DNA from: Octopus sinensis
Lineage: Eukaryota
Assembly (NCBI RefSeq): GCF_006345805.1
Contig: NC_043011.1
Span: forward strand, 52,216,464-52,280,463
Direction of reading: 5' to 3'
Length of the DNA stretch: 64,000 nt
Positions 12,490 through 26,406 of the stretch are shown here, one piece after another. Within the stretch, counting starts at the first letter, position 1, and each line of letters starts with the position of its first letter. Below the pieces are notes generated by a model that saw nothing but the letters and a program-made list of their open reading frames with translations, ran no database searches and was not told where the DNA came from. The position numbers and the translations under genes are program-made.

Positions 12490-14497
12490 CCATCATCCTC
12501 TAATCAATCTTACTCAAACAATATATATATATATATCATCATCATCATTGGACGCTAAGGGAAACATGCTATTGTCTCAATATTTATATGAATACACTAT
12601 TATTTATTCACATTACTTTGAATTAATCGACCATCATTTCATGTCTTTGAGATTTTTATATGAGGCAATAACAAATGAGAGAGAGACCCTTGGTAATATG
12701 CCATGCATGAGAAGAAGACCCATCAAACCAAGTGAAATTGTAGTTGTGGCAGATACTGGTGTCACACGGCTAGCACCCATGCTGGTGGCACATTCAAGCA
12801 CCCGTTACACTCTCAGTGGTTGGCGTTTGGAAGGACATCCAGCCGTAGAAACTATGCCAAATCAGAATGGAGTCTGGTGCAGCCCTGGTCAAACCATCCA
12901 ACCCATGCCAGCATGGACAACAAACGTTAAATGATGATGATGATGATTATAACTGTTTATTTTTAGAATAACATTGTTGGGTTGGAGTGAGAGGTTGAGG
13001 TTGACCAGTTTGAAGATAAAGCATGTAGAATATTTGGACCAGATATGGTCAGTTTAAATGCTAAAGGAAGCTTCCTTCATATCACACTATTACATTTTAG
13101 TTACCAACCACTACCATCACACACACCAGGTCCAGATGAGAGGAACTCCATGGATACACGATCATCTTGACTATCCTTTCTAATATAGGTACAAGGGCCT
13201 GAAATTTTGGTAGAGGGGACTAGTCTATTTTATTGACCTCAATACTTGACTGATATTTATTTTATCAATGCTGAAAGGATGAAGGGCAAAGTTTACCTTG
13301 GCATTTGAATTCAGAATGCAAAGATGGATGAAATGCTTCTTAGCATTTTGTCTGGCATACTAACAATTCTGCAAGTAATATGATAATAATAATAATTATT
13401 ATTTTTATTATTATTATTTCAAATTTTTGCCACAAGGGCAGCTTGGGGAGGTAGGGATGAGTTGACTACATTGATTCCAGTGTTCAATTGTTAGTTTATT
13501 TTATCGATCCCAAAAGGATGAAAGGCAAAGTCAACTTTGGCAGAATTTGAACAGTAATAATAACAATAATGATAATAATAATAATAATAAGTGATTTCAA
13601 ATTTTTGCTACAAGGGCGGCATGGAGGAGGGGGTTATTATATAGTTATAGTTATTATATACTTATTATTATAAGTTGATTATATTGACCCCAGTGCATAA
13701 CTGGTACTTATCCAATCAACCCTGAAAGGGTGAAAGGCTAAGTCAACCCCGGCAGAATTTGAATTCAGAATGTAGCAACAGGCAAAATACCACTTGGCAT
13801 TTCACCCAGCTCGCTAACGATTCTGCCAACTCACCACCTTAATAATAATAATAATCCTTTCTACTAAAGGCACAAGGCCTGAAATTTTGGGGAGAGGTAA
13901 ATCAATTACATCAACCCCAGAACTCAACTGCTACTGAATTTATCGACCCTGAAAGGATGAAAGGCAAAGTCAACCTTATTTCATTATTGCCTACAAGGGG
14001 CTACACATGGAGGGGACAAACATGGACAGACAAAGGGATTAAGTCGATTAGATCAACCCCAGTGTGTAACTGGTACTTAATTTAACGACCTCGAAAGGAT
14101 GAAAGGCAAAGTCGACCTCAGTGGAATTTGAACTCAGAACGTAAGGGCAGACGAAATACCGCTAAGCATTTCGCCTGGCATGCTAACGTTTCTGCCAACT
14201 CGCTGCAAAGTCGACCTTGGCAAAATTTAAACAATAATAATGATGAGAATGATTATATTAATCCTTTCTACTTTTGGTACAAGGCCATAATCCTGGTGCT
14301 TATTTTATCAACCCTGAAAGGATAAAAAGTAAAATTGACCTCAGCAGCATTTGAACTCAGAATGTAAAGCCAGGAGAAATGCTGCTCAGCATTTTGTCTG
14401 TTGCAATAATGATTCTGCCAACACATTGCCTTAATAATGATGGTAATATGATAATAATAACAACAATAATAATGATAATTTTTTTTCTCTTTTGCAG

Positions 14498-14540
14498 CAC
14501 TGGGTTGATCCAACAAAGTTACTTAAGAAACAAGTCAAAA
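14498..14540 (+). CDS. EPB41L5: Next FERM exon (43 bp, phase 0/1): HWVDPTKLLKKQVK + first base of Ile
   Basis: TTTTCTCTTTTGCAG acceptor, GTAAGT donor at 14541; matches the HWLDxxKxIKKQ motif and continues the frame of the previous exon. Confidence 0.9.
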
Positions 14541-15780
14541 GTAAGTAACATTTGTTTCATTATTGGGGAGATGTGGAAAGAAGCAATTTTTTTTGGTTTT
14601 ATTTTTTGAAACTCTCTATGAAAAGTTGAAACTGTTATTGTTATTGGTGTCATTATTTTTGATGTGGTTTAGCCCCAGGTCAGCCCTGACTATGCAGTTG
14701 ACCTTAGATTAAAGGCGTTCCATTCTTGACCATTCCATCTTTTTGTAAATCTAGGACTATGTTTACATTGCCCAAGGTATTGTCTGTCCTTTCCATTTGA
14801 AGATGTTAAGTTGTGATTTTGCTGCTGTTTCTTGTTTCTTTATTGCCCACAAGGGGCTAAACATAGAAGGGACAAACAAGGACAGACAAAGGGATTAAGT
14901 CGATTAGATCGACCCCAGTGCATAACTGGTACTTAATTTATTGACCCCGAAAGTATGAAAGGCAAAGTCGACCTTGACGGAATTTGAACTCAGAACGTAA
15001 CGGCAGACGAAAAACCGCTAAGCATTTCGCCCAGTGTGCTAACGTTTCTGCCAGGTCACTGCCTTTTGCTGCTGTTTCTACCAGGCCTACATAGAAGCTA
15101 CCTCGTTTGCTTGCATCATTGATGCTGCTGCTGTTTCTGATGAGGTTAAGAGTGTAGCCTCTGGTCAGCCCTCATCAAGCAGCAAACTTAAGATCAAAGA
15201 CATCCTAGCCATGACCATCCAATTTTTTCGTTTTTTCTCAGAAACAGTGTACGTGTCTATATCATTCTGTTTTTTTTTTCTTTTTAGATTTTTTTCAGAC
15301 ATTAAGTTTTGACGTATATTTGACTGCTATTTCTTGCAAATCTAGTGACTACATAGAAATTCTGTTGTTGTTGTTGTTGATGATGGTGGTGGTGGTGGTG
15401 GAGATGATAGTGATTATGTAAACTAATTTCTGTACATGACACATTGTTGTGTTGGTGCCAGTTCTCTCTCTGTTTCTCTTCCCCTCTTTTCTCGCCTCTC
15501 TTTCTCTCTTTGCTTTCCCTTAATCTGAACTTACTATCCACCTACATTGTTAGACATTAAAGTTCTGTGAAAAATGTACAAATATCAAAGTTCATGGTTA
15601 CTTACGTACACACACACGAATTTGTATATATATACACATACATTTTTACATGTCAAATGTGCTGTTGTGTTTGAGTCTAATTTCAATACACATTGCCCTT
15701 TTGTCTTCCACCTACACCATATTTCAGTCATTATATGAGCGTGCATGCACACACTCAGTGGTATAGCTATATGGGAGAGG

Positions 15781-16007
15781 CGAACTGGCAGAAACGTTAG
15801 CACGCCGGGTGAAATGCGTTGCCGTATTTCGTCTGCCGTTACGTTCTGAGTTCAAATTCCGCCGAGGTCGACTTTGCCTTTCATCCTTTCGGGGTCGATA
15901 AATAAAAGTACCAGTTTCGCACTGGGGTCGATGTAATCGACTTAATCCCTTTGCCTGTCCTTGTTTGTCTCCTCTGTGTTTAACCCCTTGTGGGTAGTAA
16001 AGAAATA
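15781..16007 (+). mobile_element. Family A SINE, young, 13-bp TSD
   Basis: TSD TATATGGGAGAGG at 15768-15780 and 16008-16020; CpGs largely intact. Confidence 0.85.
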
Positions 16008-16311
16008 TATATGGGAGAGGCTACTGAATGAAAATTCATGGGAGAAAGGACTACTTACTCTATATAGGCACAACAGAGGGACCAGATAATACAAGTTAAA
16101 AGCTACATAGACTGATGTGCAATGAGGCAATTACAGAAGCTGTTAGCTATGAGTAAGCCACTATGTCTTGGAAAAAGTCCTTTCACAAGTAGCCTGGTAG
16201 TCACTAAGAAAACTAGGTGTAGATAAATGACCTGTGAGAGCTGTGTAAACCATGTACAGATATGGTCAGTGTGGTAGGATTTAACAGTGGGTTCAACAAA
16301 AAATTTAGTAT

Positions 16312-16720
16312 AGGCGCAGGAGTGGCTGTGTGGTAAGTAGCTTGCTAACCAACCACATGGTTCCGGGTTCAGTCCCACTGCGTGGCATCTTGGGCAAGTG
16401 TTTTCTGCTATAGCCCCGGGCCAACCAATGCCTTGTGAGTGGATTTGGTAGACGGAAACTGAAAGAAGCCTGTCGTATATATGTATATATATATATATAT
16501 ATATATGTGTGTATGTGTGTGTGTGTCTGTGTTTGTCCCCCTAGCATTGCTTGACAACCGATGCTGGTGTGTTTACGTCCCCCGTCACTTAGCGGTTCGG
16601 CAAAAGAGACCGATAGAATAAGTACTGGGCTTACAAAGAATAAGTCCCGGGGTCAATTTGCTCGACTAAAGGCGGTGCTCCAGCATGGCCGCAGTCAAAT
16701 GACTGAAACAAGTAAAAGAG
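16312..16720 (+). mobile_element. Family B SINE, near full length
   Basis: tRNA-like head GGCGCAGGAGTGGCTGTGTGG...GGGTTCAGTCCC, CORE-like CTTGGGCAAGTG, internal (TA)/(TG)n, tail GACTGAAACAAGTAAAAGAG. Confidence 0.85.
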
Positions 16721-18288
16721 AAAGAGAGAGATGGTCTAATACAGTGTATTCTTGATTATATTAAAAGACTTGATCAGATTGTGTATCCTGAGCCTTTGAT
16801 CATAGCTCTAGTTGATCAGGGCTTAACACCATCATCACCACCACCAACAGCAATTGTAATGTAATCCCAACTTAATCCTAATTCTAACCCAATATCCCCA
16901 TAGTGTTGAATGTCCTCAGATTAATATGATTCTGTAGTTTTTAGCTCTTTCTCATTAACCTGTCCATAGTTTTTCTTTTAAATCTCTTATTAGTTTCAGT
17001 TGTTGAACTGTGTCCAAGCTGGAGCACCAATTTCTAGTCTGTTTTTATCTTACATGGACTCCAGTACTTATTTTATCAACCTCAGAAAGATGAAAGGCAA
17101 AATAGTACATAGGAGAGATTTAATCCTAGGATCTTTCTTTTATGAGATTCAGTCACTAGACTGTGGCCATACTGGGGTACTGCCTTGAAGAATTTTTAGT
17201 CGAAAGAATCAATCCCAGTTCTTTCTTTTTTAATGCCTGATGCTTATTCTATCAGCCTCTTTTGCCAGACCACTAAGATATGGGGATGTAAACACACCAA
17301 CACCAGTTGTCAAACAGTGGAGGTGGGGACACACACACATTCATATATATCGTTGTCGTTGTTTAACATCTGCTTTCCATGCTGGCATGGGTTGGATGGT
17401 TTGACTGAGAACTGGCAGGCCAGGAGACTGCACCAGGCTCCAATCTGATTCGGCAAGGTTTCTACAGATATATTTATGTGTGTGTGTGTGTGTGCACGTG
17501 CACATACATGATAGGCATCTCTAAGTCTTTGAGTTTCTTATTTCTTTATTGTCGACAAAGGGCTAAACATAGAGGGGACAAACAAGGACATACAAAGGGA
17601 TTAAGTCGATTACATCAACCCCAGTGCGTAACTGGTACTTAATTTATCGACCCCGAAAGGATGAAAGGCAAAGTCGACCTTGGCAGAATTTGAACTCAGA
17701 ACGTAACGGCAGACAAAACGCCACTAAACATTTCGCCCAGCATGCTAACATTTCTGCTGGCTCACTGCCTTTTTCTTTCAGTTTCTATCTACTAAGTCTA
17801 CTCACAAAGTTTTGGTCTGCTCAAGGCTATAGCAGAAGACACTTGCCCAAGGGGACTGAACCTAGAAGTATGTGGTTGAGAAGCAAGCTTCTACCGCATA
17901 GCCACACTTACGCCTGTGTAACTAAAGGATGTAAATAAATCTTGTTTAATACACACCAATTTTACCATCTACTCACCATATTTATATAATCCATACAATA
18001 AAGTTCATATATTTCTTACATGAAAACCATATTTACATTTTCTTCTGCTCTTTCAAAATTCTTTTCTGAAGTTACTAATCCTGTTTCAAAACCTGGACAT
18101 TTTTCTGCTCACACATTGCATATCACAACATGTCATATGTAAATACTGTCTTAACCTACATACAGTGAAGTCATTGTTTCTCCTTGTATCGATGTTTGTC
18201 TTGGTTGTTGAGTTTGCACCTCCACCATCTGTCTATAGCCTTTATCAATGTCAGAGTCGTTCAACTTGTTTTATTGCATGCTAACAAG

Positions 18289-18587
18289 AGAGCCCTTAGG
18301 TAGTCATATGATATGCTAGAGCAAGCAGTCAAATCTCAACTCAAACCACATCTCACTACCTTTAATATGTAGTTACCTGACATGGTAGAAATAGCAGTCA
18401 AATCCCAAATTGAACTGTTCCTTACTGTCTTAGCAAACCAATGAGAGAGCCCTTATATAGTCGCTTGACCTGGTAGCAATCAAATCTAACCTGAACCACA
18501 TTTTAATGAGCCGATCAGAAGACTCCTATGTGGTCATAAGACCTGCTAGAAATAGCAACCAAATTTCACTTAAAGCACAGCATAATT
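18289..18587 (+). repeat. Degenerate tandem run (~4 copies) of the short dispersed motif GACCTGCTAGAAATAGCAGCCAAAT
   Basis: Motif near 18310, 18380, 18465 and 18540; also dispersed in both orientations (for example ~5090, ~24050, ~38830). Confidence 0.55.
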
Positions 18588-18817
18588 TCGTTTTTGGATT
18601 TGGTTTGCAAGATTCTTTACGTGAGTTTGTGTGTTGAAGCATATTCTGTTGTGTCTGGGAGAGTCATTTTCACTTATTCCTTATTTTTATTTTCCTAAAA
18701 TTTTCGTTGCGTCTTACAACCTTTTCAATAGGAAAATAAAAATAAGGAATAAGTGGAAATTTTACTGGTGAGTGTGTTAAATTATAAGGCACAAAAAGAA
18801 AAATAACTCTCCCCAGA
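18588..18817 (-). mobile_element. Family F Penelope-like insertion with snap-back inversion and a non-canonical hammerhead
   Basis: 12-bp TSD CACAGCATAATT (18576-18587, 18818-18829); perfect 27-bp inverted repeat 18671-18697/18729-18755 enclosing a 31-nt HHR-like core on the minus strand. Confidence 0.7.
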
Positions 18818-20750
18818 CACAGCATAATTGCTTCAAATAAAAAGGACAGTTGGATAATGAAATCATTTTCTTTTATTCTGTGTATTATACCTGTACCTTG
18901 GTCTATCATTGCTACCTTTCTTTATTATAATTTCTGTCCTTTCTTTTACTCTTTTCTGACAAGTTGTAGCGCACCTGAGTATTATCTACATTAAGTTCAT
19001 TATTATAAAGTACACTGTTAGGTGCAAGCATGAATGTGTGGTTAAGAAGCTTGTTTTCCAAGCACATGGTTTCAGGTTCATTTCCACTGCACAGCACCTT
19101 GAGCAAGTTTCTTTCGTTATATCTCCAGATCAACTAATGCTTTATGAGTGAATTTGGTGAAGCTCATTGTGTGTACATGTCTATCTGTGTGTGTCCTTGT
19201 GTCTGTCTCCACCCACCCCAGCCAACATGTGACAATTGATGTTGGTTTGTTTACATCCCCGTTACTTAGGAGTTCAGCAAAAAAAAAAAAAATACTGCTA
19301 GAATAAGCACAAGACTTAAAAACAAATAAATACAAGGGTTAATTTGTCCGACTAAAATCCTTCAAATTTGTACCACAGCATGGCTGCAGTCCAATAATTG
19401 GAACAAACGATAAAAATATAATCTAGAAAAATAAAGTGGGATTGTCACGGATGGAATGTCTTTGCACGTAGCTCTGTCCGAGCAGTGCTGATCCAGAGCT
19501 AAACAAACAATAGCTAATTGTTTTATCATAACCCTGAAAATATAGGTTAACTACAAAAAACCCAACAAAGATAGTTGTGTGTATTCTGAAATCATTGTGC
19601 TGGCATTGATAGAATTATTAGTAAATTTCTATTATCCTTCTATAATTACCATTATTTACTTTTAATTCTTGTTCTTTGTTACAATGTTTCTCTTGTACGC
19701 TGGGTTTTGCCCATTTCCGTTGTAGAATCTGGTTTAACGACATGGTTAGAAACACACCTAATGTTTTCTCTTGGGATTCATGTCAGTGAATGTGTGTATG
19801 TATGTGTGTATATGTACATGTGTGTTTATAATGAACACCTATGTATATGTGTGAGCATGTAGGCACTTGTATTTTTTGTGCGTGTGTGCTTATAATGAAT
19901 ACATGTGTATTTGTGTGAGCATGTAGGTAGATGTGTGTATTTATGTGAATGTATGTATACGCATATATACATGCAGTATATATATATATATGTTATATAT
20001 ATGTGTGTGTATATATATATATGATATGCATGTATGTATTTGTAGGAATGTATATGGTTATGTATGTGTGTTTATGCATGCATGCACATGTATGCGTATA
20101 TATTTGAGCATTTATTCATCAGTGTGTGTGTATGTATGTATGTATGTATAGTCTGTATATATGCATGTGCTTAGATATATTTATCTGTCCATAATGTGTG
20201 TGTGTGAGAGAGAGAGAGAGAGAGGTGAGTGTGTGCACATATTTACACACACTGTCTCTCACATGCATACTCAAATAACAGTATGAGATCACTAGCTACA
20301 ACCTGCAATTAACTGGATCATTAATATTTTAACATTTGTGTTCCATTAGTCACACATAGTTGATCACTAGCTCTACTGAAGTGGGTAGAGTATCAGTCTA
20401 CCTACTTAGGGAGTCAAAATGGCCAGTGCTTCACAGCTCATATACTCTGACTTGTGTGATGTGTTCTTGACAAGGACATTGCCATTAAATATTTTCAACG
20501 TTAACTTAACTTATTCTTTTTCCTTCAGATGACACTTTTGGGTAATTTTTCCACAGTGGTATCTTCTCTGAGATATTTCATTTATCTACGTCAACCAGTG
20601 TGCTTTATTGTACATTTACTTATTGATTTTTTTTTATCCCTGCTTCTGCCTTGCTGTACAGAACTGTTGAAATCTTAGCCAAACTTTATTGAAGATAAAC
20701 ACACATGCATGCATGCACATGACTGAATGGTTACCAGATATGCATAGCAT

Positions 20751-21165
20751 AGGCGGTGAGCTGGCAGAAACGTTAGCACGCCGGGCGAAATGCTTAGCGG
20801 TATTTCGTCTGCCGCTACGTTCTGAGTTCAAATTCCGCCGAGGTCGACTTTGCCTTTCATCCTTTCGGGGTCGATTAAATAAGTACCAGTTACGCACTGG
20901 GGTCGATATAATCGACTTAACCCGTTTGTCTGTCTTTGGTTGTCTTCCCTGTGTTTAGCCCCTTGTGGGTAGTAAAGAAATAGGTATTTCGTCTGCCGCT
21001 ACATTCTGAGTTCAAATTCTGCCGAGGTCGACTTTGCCTTTCATCCTTTCGGGGTCGATTAAATAAGTACCAGTTACGCACTGGGGTCGATATAATCGAC
21101 TTAATCCCTTTGTCTGCCCTTGGTTGTCCTCCCTGTGTTTAGCCCCTTGTGGGTAGTAAAGAAAT
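20751..21165 (+). mobile_element. Family A SINE tandem dimer inserted as one event
   Basis: 15-bp TSD AGATATGCATAGCAT (20736-20750, 21166-21180); junction AAGAAATA|GGTATTTCGTC at 20982/20983. Confidence 0.9.
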
Positions 21166-22158
21166 AGATATGCATAGCATCTTTAATGTAGTTCTGAAGG
21201 AGATTCAGCATGAAACAGAATGCAACTAGGCTGGCCCTTTGAAATACTGTTCCTACTCATTTTTACCAGCTGCATTGACTGAAGCAATGTGAAATGAAGT
21301 TTCTTGCTTAAGGACACAATGCTAGACCAGGAATTGAACTCATGACCATACAAGCATCACCTGAATATCCCTAACCACTAAGCCACATGCTTTCACAACC
21401 ATCACTACAGCCGTTCAAGAATTTGGACCTGGAGATCTCCATTTCCAGCGACTTCGAGGGCCACCTTCCAGTGGTGCTGGGCATCAACGAAGAGCCCTTG
21501 ACTACAACAAGACGACCAAAGTTTTTTTCTTTTTCAAAGTTCTGGGGTCTCCTGCCCCTAAACCCTAGACCATCACCTAATCACCCTTACCCATCTTGTT
21601 GCTTAACAGCAACAACAACAACAACTATCACTATAACCAACAACATGACCACAATGAACAGCGCTGCCACAATCACTGTTTCCACCTCTGAGTGACTTTG
21701 TCAAGGCACCAATCATTCGTCACAGAAAGGCATAGCATTCACAACTTAGTAATCACAACTAGTTATTGTATTTCCTTTGTCCTTTCCCATGCAGTAAATA
21801 TTTCAATTATTTACATGTTAAAAAAACAATAGTATAACAGGAGATCTCAGATAACAGGCATTTAACTGACTTTGATGGTTGGTTGTGGTGGTGGTGAGGT
21901 TGGTAATGGTGGTGGTCGTTTTGTTATTGATAGTTTGTTATGATGGTGTTGGCAGTTGTGGTGGTGGTGTTGGTGAAGTTGGTTGCAGTGGTGGTGGTGG
22001 TGGTGTTATCAGTTATGGTGTTGCTGATTCTGGTGGTGTTAGTTGTAATGGTCACAGTGGTGATTACAATAGCTCTGGTACTAGTATGTGGTAATTATGA
22101 TGGTTGTAGTAGTAGCATTGTCACTGAACTTCAACATCAACTTTCATCAAACTAACCT

Positions 22159-22422
22159 ATGATCAAAAGCATTCCAGTAGTGACCATCCCATTCATTTTT
22201 AAATGATCAAAAGTGTTCCAGTAGTGACCATCCCATTCATTTTTAAATGATCAAAAGTGTTCCAGTAGTGACCATCCCATTCATTTTTAAATGATCAAAA
22301 GTGTTCCAGTAGTGACCATCCCATTCATTTTTAAATGATCAAAAGCGTTCCAGTAGTGACCATCCCATTCGTTTTTAAATGATCAAAAGCGTTCCAGTAG
22401 TGACCATCCCATTCATTTTTAA
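22159..22422 (+). repeat. Minisatellite, 6 x 44 bp
   Basis: Unit ATGATCAAAAGTGTTCCAGTAGTGACCATCCCATTCATTTTTAA starts at 22159, 22203, 22247, 22291, 22335 and 22379. Confidence 0.95.
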
Positions 22423-22486
22423 AGGCATCAAGAACTACATTATTTAATGTCCTTCCCTTTTTTTAAATAAAACCATATGTGATTTG

Positions 22487-22654
22487 ACCCATGAACATTT
22501 AGACCAACAATATATGGCCCAAATATTCTACCTGTTTTATGTTCAAACTGGCCAGATCCAACATCTCACACCTACCCTACAATGTTATTCTAAAATTAAA
22601 GTCACATCTTTGAAATCTCTAACCTACAAGACATTACCATTTGAATTTTCAATA

Positions 22655-22703
<49 letters not shown>

Positions 22704-23749
22704 TATATATATATAATATTATTATTCTGTATATATATATTATATTATTATTATGTATATATATAATATTATTATTCTGTATATATATATATTATATTAT
22801 TTATGTATATATATATTATTATTATTATGTATATATATATTATATTATTATTATGTATATTATATATTATATTATTATATGTATATATATATATTATATA
22901 TTATTATGTATTATATATATATATTATTATTATGTATATATATATATTATATTATTATTATATATATATATTATATTATTATTATGTATATATATATTAT
23001 ATTATATTATGTATATATATATATATAGTATTATTATGTATATATATATATATATTATATTATTATTATGTATATATATATATTATATTATTATTATGTA
23101 TATATATATATTATATTATTATTATGTATATATATATTATATTATTATTATGTATATATATATTATATATTATTATGTATATATATATATTATTATTATT
23201 ATGTATATATATATATTATATATTATTATGTATATATATATTATATTATTTATGTATATATATATTATATATATATTATGTATATATATTATATTATTAT
23301 TGTATATATATATATTATATTATTATTATGTATTATATATATTATATTATTATTATGTATATATATATTATATTATTATTATGTATATATATATATTATA
23401 TTATTATTATGTATATATATATATTATATTATTATTATGTATGTATATATATTATATTATTATTATGTATATATATATATTATATTATTTATGTATATAT
23501 ATTATATATTATTATGTATTATATATATATATATATTATTATGTATATATTATATTATTATTATGTATATATTATATTATTATGTATATATAATATTATA
23601 TTATTATTATGTATATATATTATATTATTATGTATATATATAAATAATATTATTATTATGTATGTGTATATATATATTATATTATATATATATATATATA
23701 TTGAATAAATAAACATTATATTTGACAGAGTGATCTGAATGCTAAAGGG
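22487..23749. mobile_element. Family E piggyBac-like MITE split by a ~1-kb AT minisatellite
   Basis: Left half matches family E to ~22655; right half (TTGAATAAATAAACATT...GCTAAAGGGTTA) resumes at ~23700. Confidence 0.75.
22658..23700. repeat. AT-rich compound minisatellite, (TAT)nG(TA)n units of about 20-27 bp
   Basis: Repeating TATTATTATTATGTATATATATA; source of the I/Y-rich pseudo-ORFs. Confidence 0.95.
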
Positions 23750-24816
23750 TTATGAAATATTTAGTTGCTATATCTAGCAAGCTGATCTACCATCTGGAGA
23801 ATTCTTCATTGATTCATGGTGATGGCTGTGGTGGGGTTATCGTTTGAGATGATGGTAGTGGTAGCTGTGGTGATAGTGTTTGCTTTGTTGCTGTTTAACC
23901 CCAGGTCAGCTCTTATCCAGCAGACCTATGATGAAAGGTATTCCAGCCGTGGCCATCCTGTCGTTTGCCTCTTGGTAGAGTATCCTGGACCACATTATCC
24001 AGTGTGTATTATATTCTAAGACAGGGCTTTGTGAGTTGAATCTGTGGGAGACTCAGCTGCTATTTCTGGTAGTTTGAGCAACAACAGATGTTCCTCTCGG
24101 GTTTTTCTTTTATCATTGTTGTGAGGGTAGGTTATGTTGATGACGATGGTGTTAATGATGATACTGATTAATGGTAGGTTTATATTGATGATTGTGATAG
24201 TGATGATGGATGGCCTCTGTAACATTTAAATTCAACAGTAAACATTGTCCTCAATACTATTCTCTATTATCTTTGTAATTTCGGAACAAACTAAATGTGA
24301 AGAGTTGAAAATTAATTTCGCATCTTTCCCTCATTATTTAATCTTATTTGTCCTTGGAACGTCATCCCCCTCCCATCTATTGCCTTTGAGGGTGGTTAAA
24401 GGAATCATTATTTTTATCTTTATTGTTTTTGTTATTGTTATTATTGGGATGCTTGAGTAGTTGAGTGGTTAAGAAGTCCACTTCATAATCATTAGGTCAC
24501 AGGTTCAATCCCAGTGTACACCATCTGAAGCAAAAGTCTTTCAAAATAACTTTGAGTTGACCCAAACTTTGTGAGAGAAATTTGGTTAGCAGAAACTGTA
24601 TAGAAATATTATCATCATTATCAACATTTAATGTCTGCTTGGCATGGGTTGGGTGGCTTCAGAAGAACTGGTAAGGCTAGGGGCTTTACCAGGTTCCATA
24701 GTCTATTTCAGCGAAATTTGAACTTAGAATACTGCTAAGCATTTTGCCTGGTGTGCTAGCGATTCTCCCAGCTCGCTATCTTCTCAATAATGATAATAAT
24801 AATAATAACAACAACA

Positions 24817-25177
24817 ACAAGCGCAAAACCTCCCATAAGGCAACACCAACATCTTCTCAATGATTAGCCAGAGATGATTTTTAAAATGTGAATATCTGAA
24901 ATAAAATCAACTGCTCTCACAAATGAGAATGCTAAAAATGAACCCGACTGCTCTCAAAAATTAAGTAAAAAAACAGGTAAATTATCCTGAATCCTTGTCC
25001 AGTATCAGATCAGTCCCAAAATTTAATGAGTTCATGCCAATCACAAGGCCAAGCATCCTTGAGTTTCATCCGAATCCATCCAGTGATTCTTGAGATATCT
25101 TGTCCATGGACAAACGAACAAACAAACAAACACAACTGAAAACAATACCTCCACCTTCACTAAGGCAGAGTTAATAA
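24817..25177 (-). mobile_element. Helentron/DINE-1-like non-autonomous element
   Basis: Terminal stem-loop CTCCACCTTCACTAAGGCAGAG, adjacent (AAAC)n microsatellite, and related subterminal AAAACCTCCCATAAGG at the other end. Confidence 0.55.
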
Positions 25178-25969
25178 TGATTTTATGTCTAACTTCCATG
25201 CCAGCGTGGATTAGACAATTTGACAGGATCCAACAAGCTAGTGGACTGCGGCAAGCTTCAGTATCTACTTTGACGTGTTTTCCATGGTTGAATATCTTTC
25301 CTAAAGCTAACCATTTCTCAGAGTACACTGAGTGCATTTTTTCACAGCACCAGCACAGGTGAGGTCACCAAGTAACTCACAAGTTGCTACCCCAACTCCT
25401 TGACTCAGATATAGTAAAAGAGGAAGTGGCTTTCTGCCAGATGGTAATAAAATATATTTTAAATGACTTCTGATTTAAGTGCTAAGCTAGCAATTTTGAT
25501 ACCATTGATCCAAGTACTTGACTGCTATTTTATTTTATCAACCCCACCTCCCTACACTCAGAAGAAAGGCTTAAGTTGATCTTGGCAATATTTGTAAGAA
25601 CAAATACCACAGAGCATTTATCAAAATGCTCTAATGATTCTATGGAAGATTAACATAATCTCTTTTACTTGTTTCAGTCATTTGACTGCAGCCATGCTGG
25701 AGCACCACCTTTAGTCGAGCAAATCAACCCCAGGACTTATTCTTTGTAAGCCTAGTACTTATTGTATCAGTCTCTTTTGCCGAACCGTTAAGTTATGGGG
25801 ATGTAAACACACCAGCATCGGTTGTCAAGAGATGCTGGAGGGACAAGCGCAGACACACACACATATACATATACATATATATGACGGGCTTCTTTCAGTT
25901 TCCATCTACCAAAAGTCTACAGTAAAAGACACTTGCCCAAGCTACTTACCACACAGCCACTCCTACGCC

Positions 25970-26095
25970 GGAGCCTCCTGGAGCTTTGGGTGTTTTCGCT
26001 CAAATAAACACTCACAATGCCCGGTCTGGGAATCGAAACTGTGATCCTACGACTGCGAGTCCACAGCCCTAACCACTGGGCCATTGCGCCTCCAC
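25970..26095 (-). mobile_element. Family C SINE head fragment
   Basis: Reverse complement of the C head at 10142. Confidence 0.75.
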
Positions 26096-26096
26096 T

Positions 26097-26207
<111 letters not shown>

Positions 26208-26406
26208 TATATATATGAATTAGAAAAAAACCACATGATTAAGTAATGTACAAAATAAATAAAACATTTTATTATTATTTCGTACATTACTTAATCATTA
26301 TTATATGTTTCATCTTATATTTAATCTTTCTATAAGGTGTAATTTTTCTAGATGGTATAATTCAATTTTTCATTATTGAATTGAAAAAAGGTGGGGTTTT
26401 TTCTAA

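Noticed and set aside
16680-16720. Family B SINE tail (CAGTC AAAT GACTG AAACAAGTA) as a hammerhead
   Set aside because: Hairpin and GAAAC..GTA are present, but there is no CUGANGA-like core before the stem and no stem I. More likely a LINE-type 3' stem-loop.
21387-21560. ORF with SDFEGHLPVVLGI, loosely like a LINE endonuclease C-terminus
   Set aside because: A single short, gapped resemblance with no flanking motifs; cannot be supported without a search.
22159-22422. Regular array as a CRISPR locus
   Set aside because: Contiguous units with no unique spacers, no cas genes, and a eukaryotic intronic context.
22484-23708. Longest ORFs in the track (369, 301 and 191 aa)
   Set aside because: I/Y-only translations of the AT minisatellite, open in several frames because the repeat lacks stop codons.
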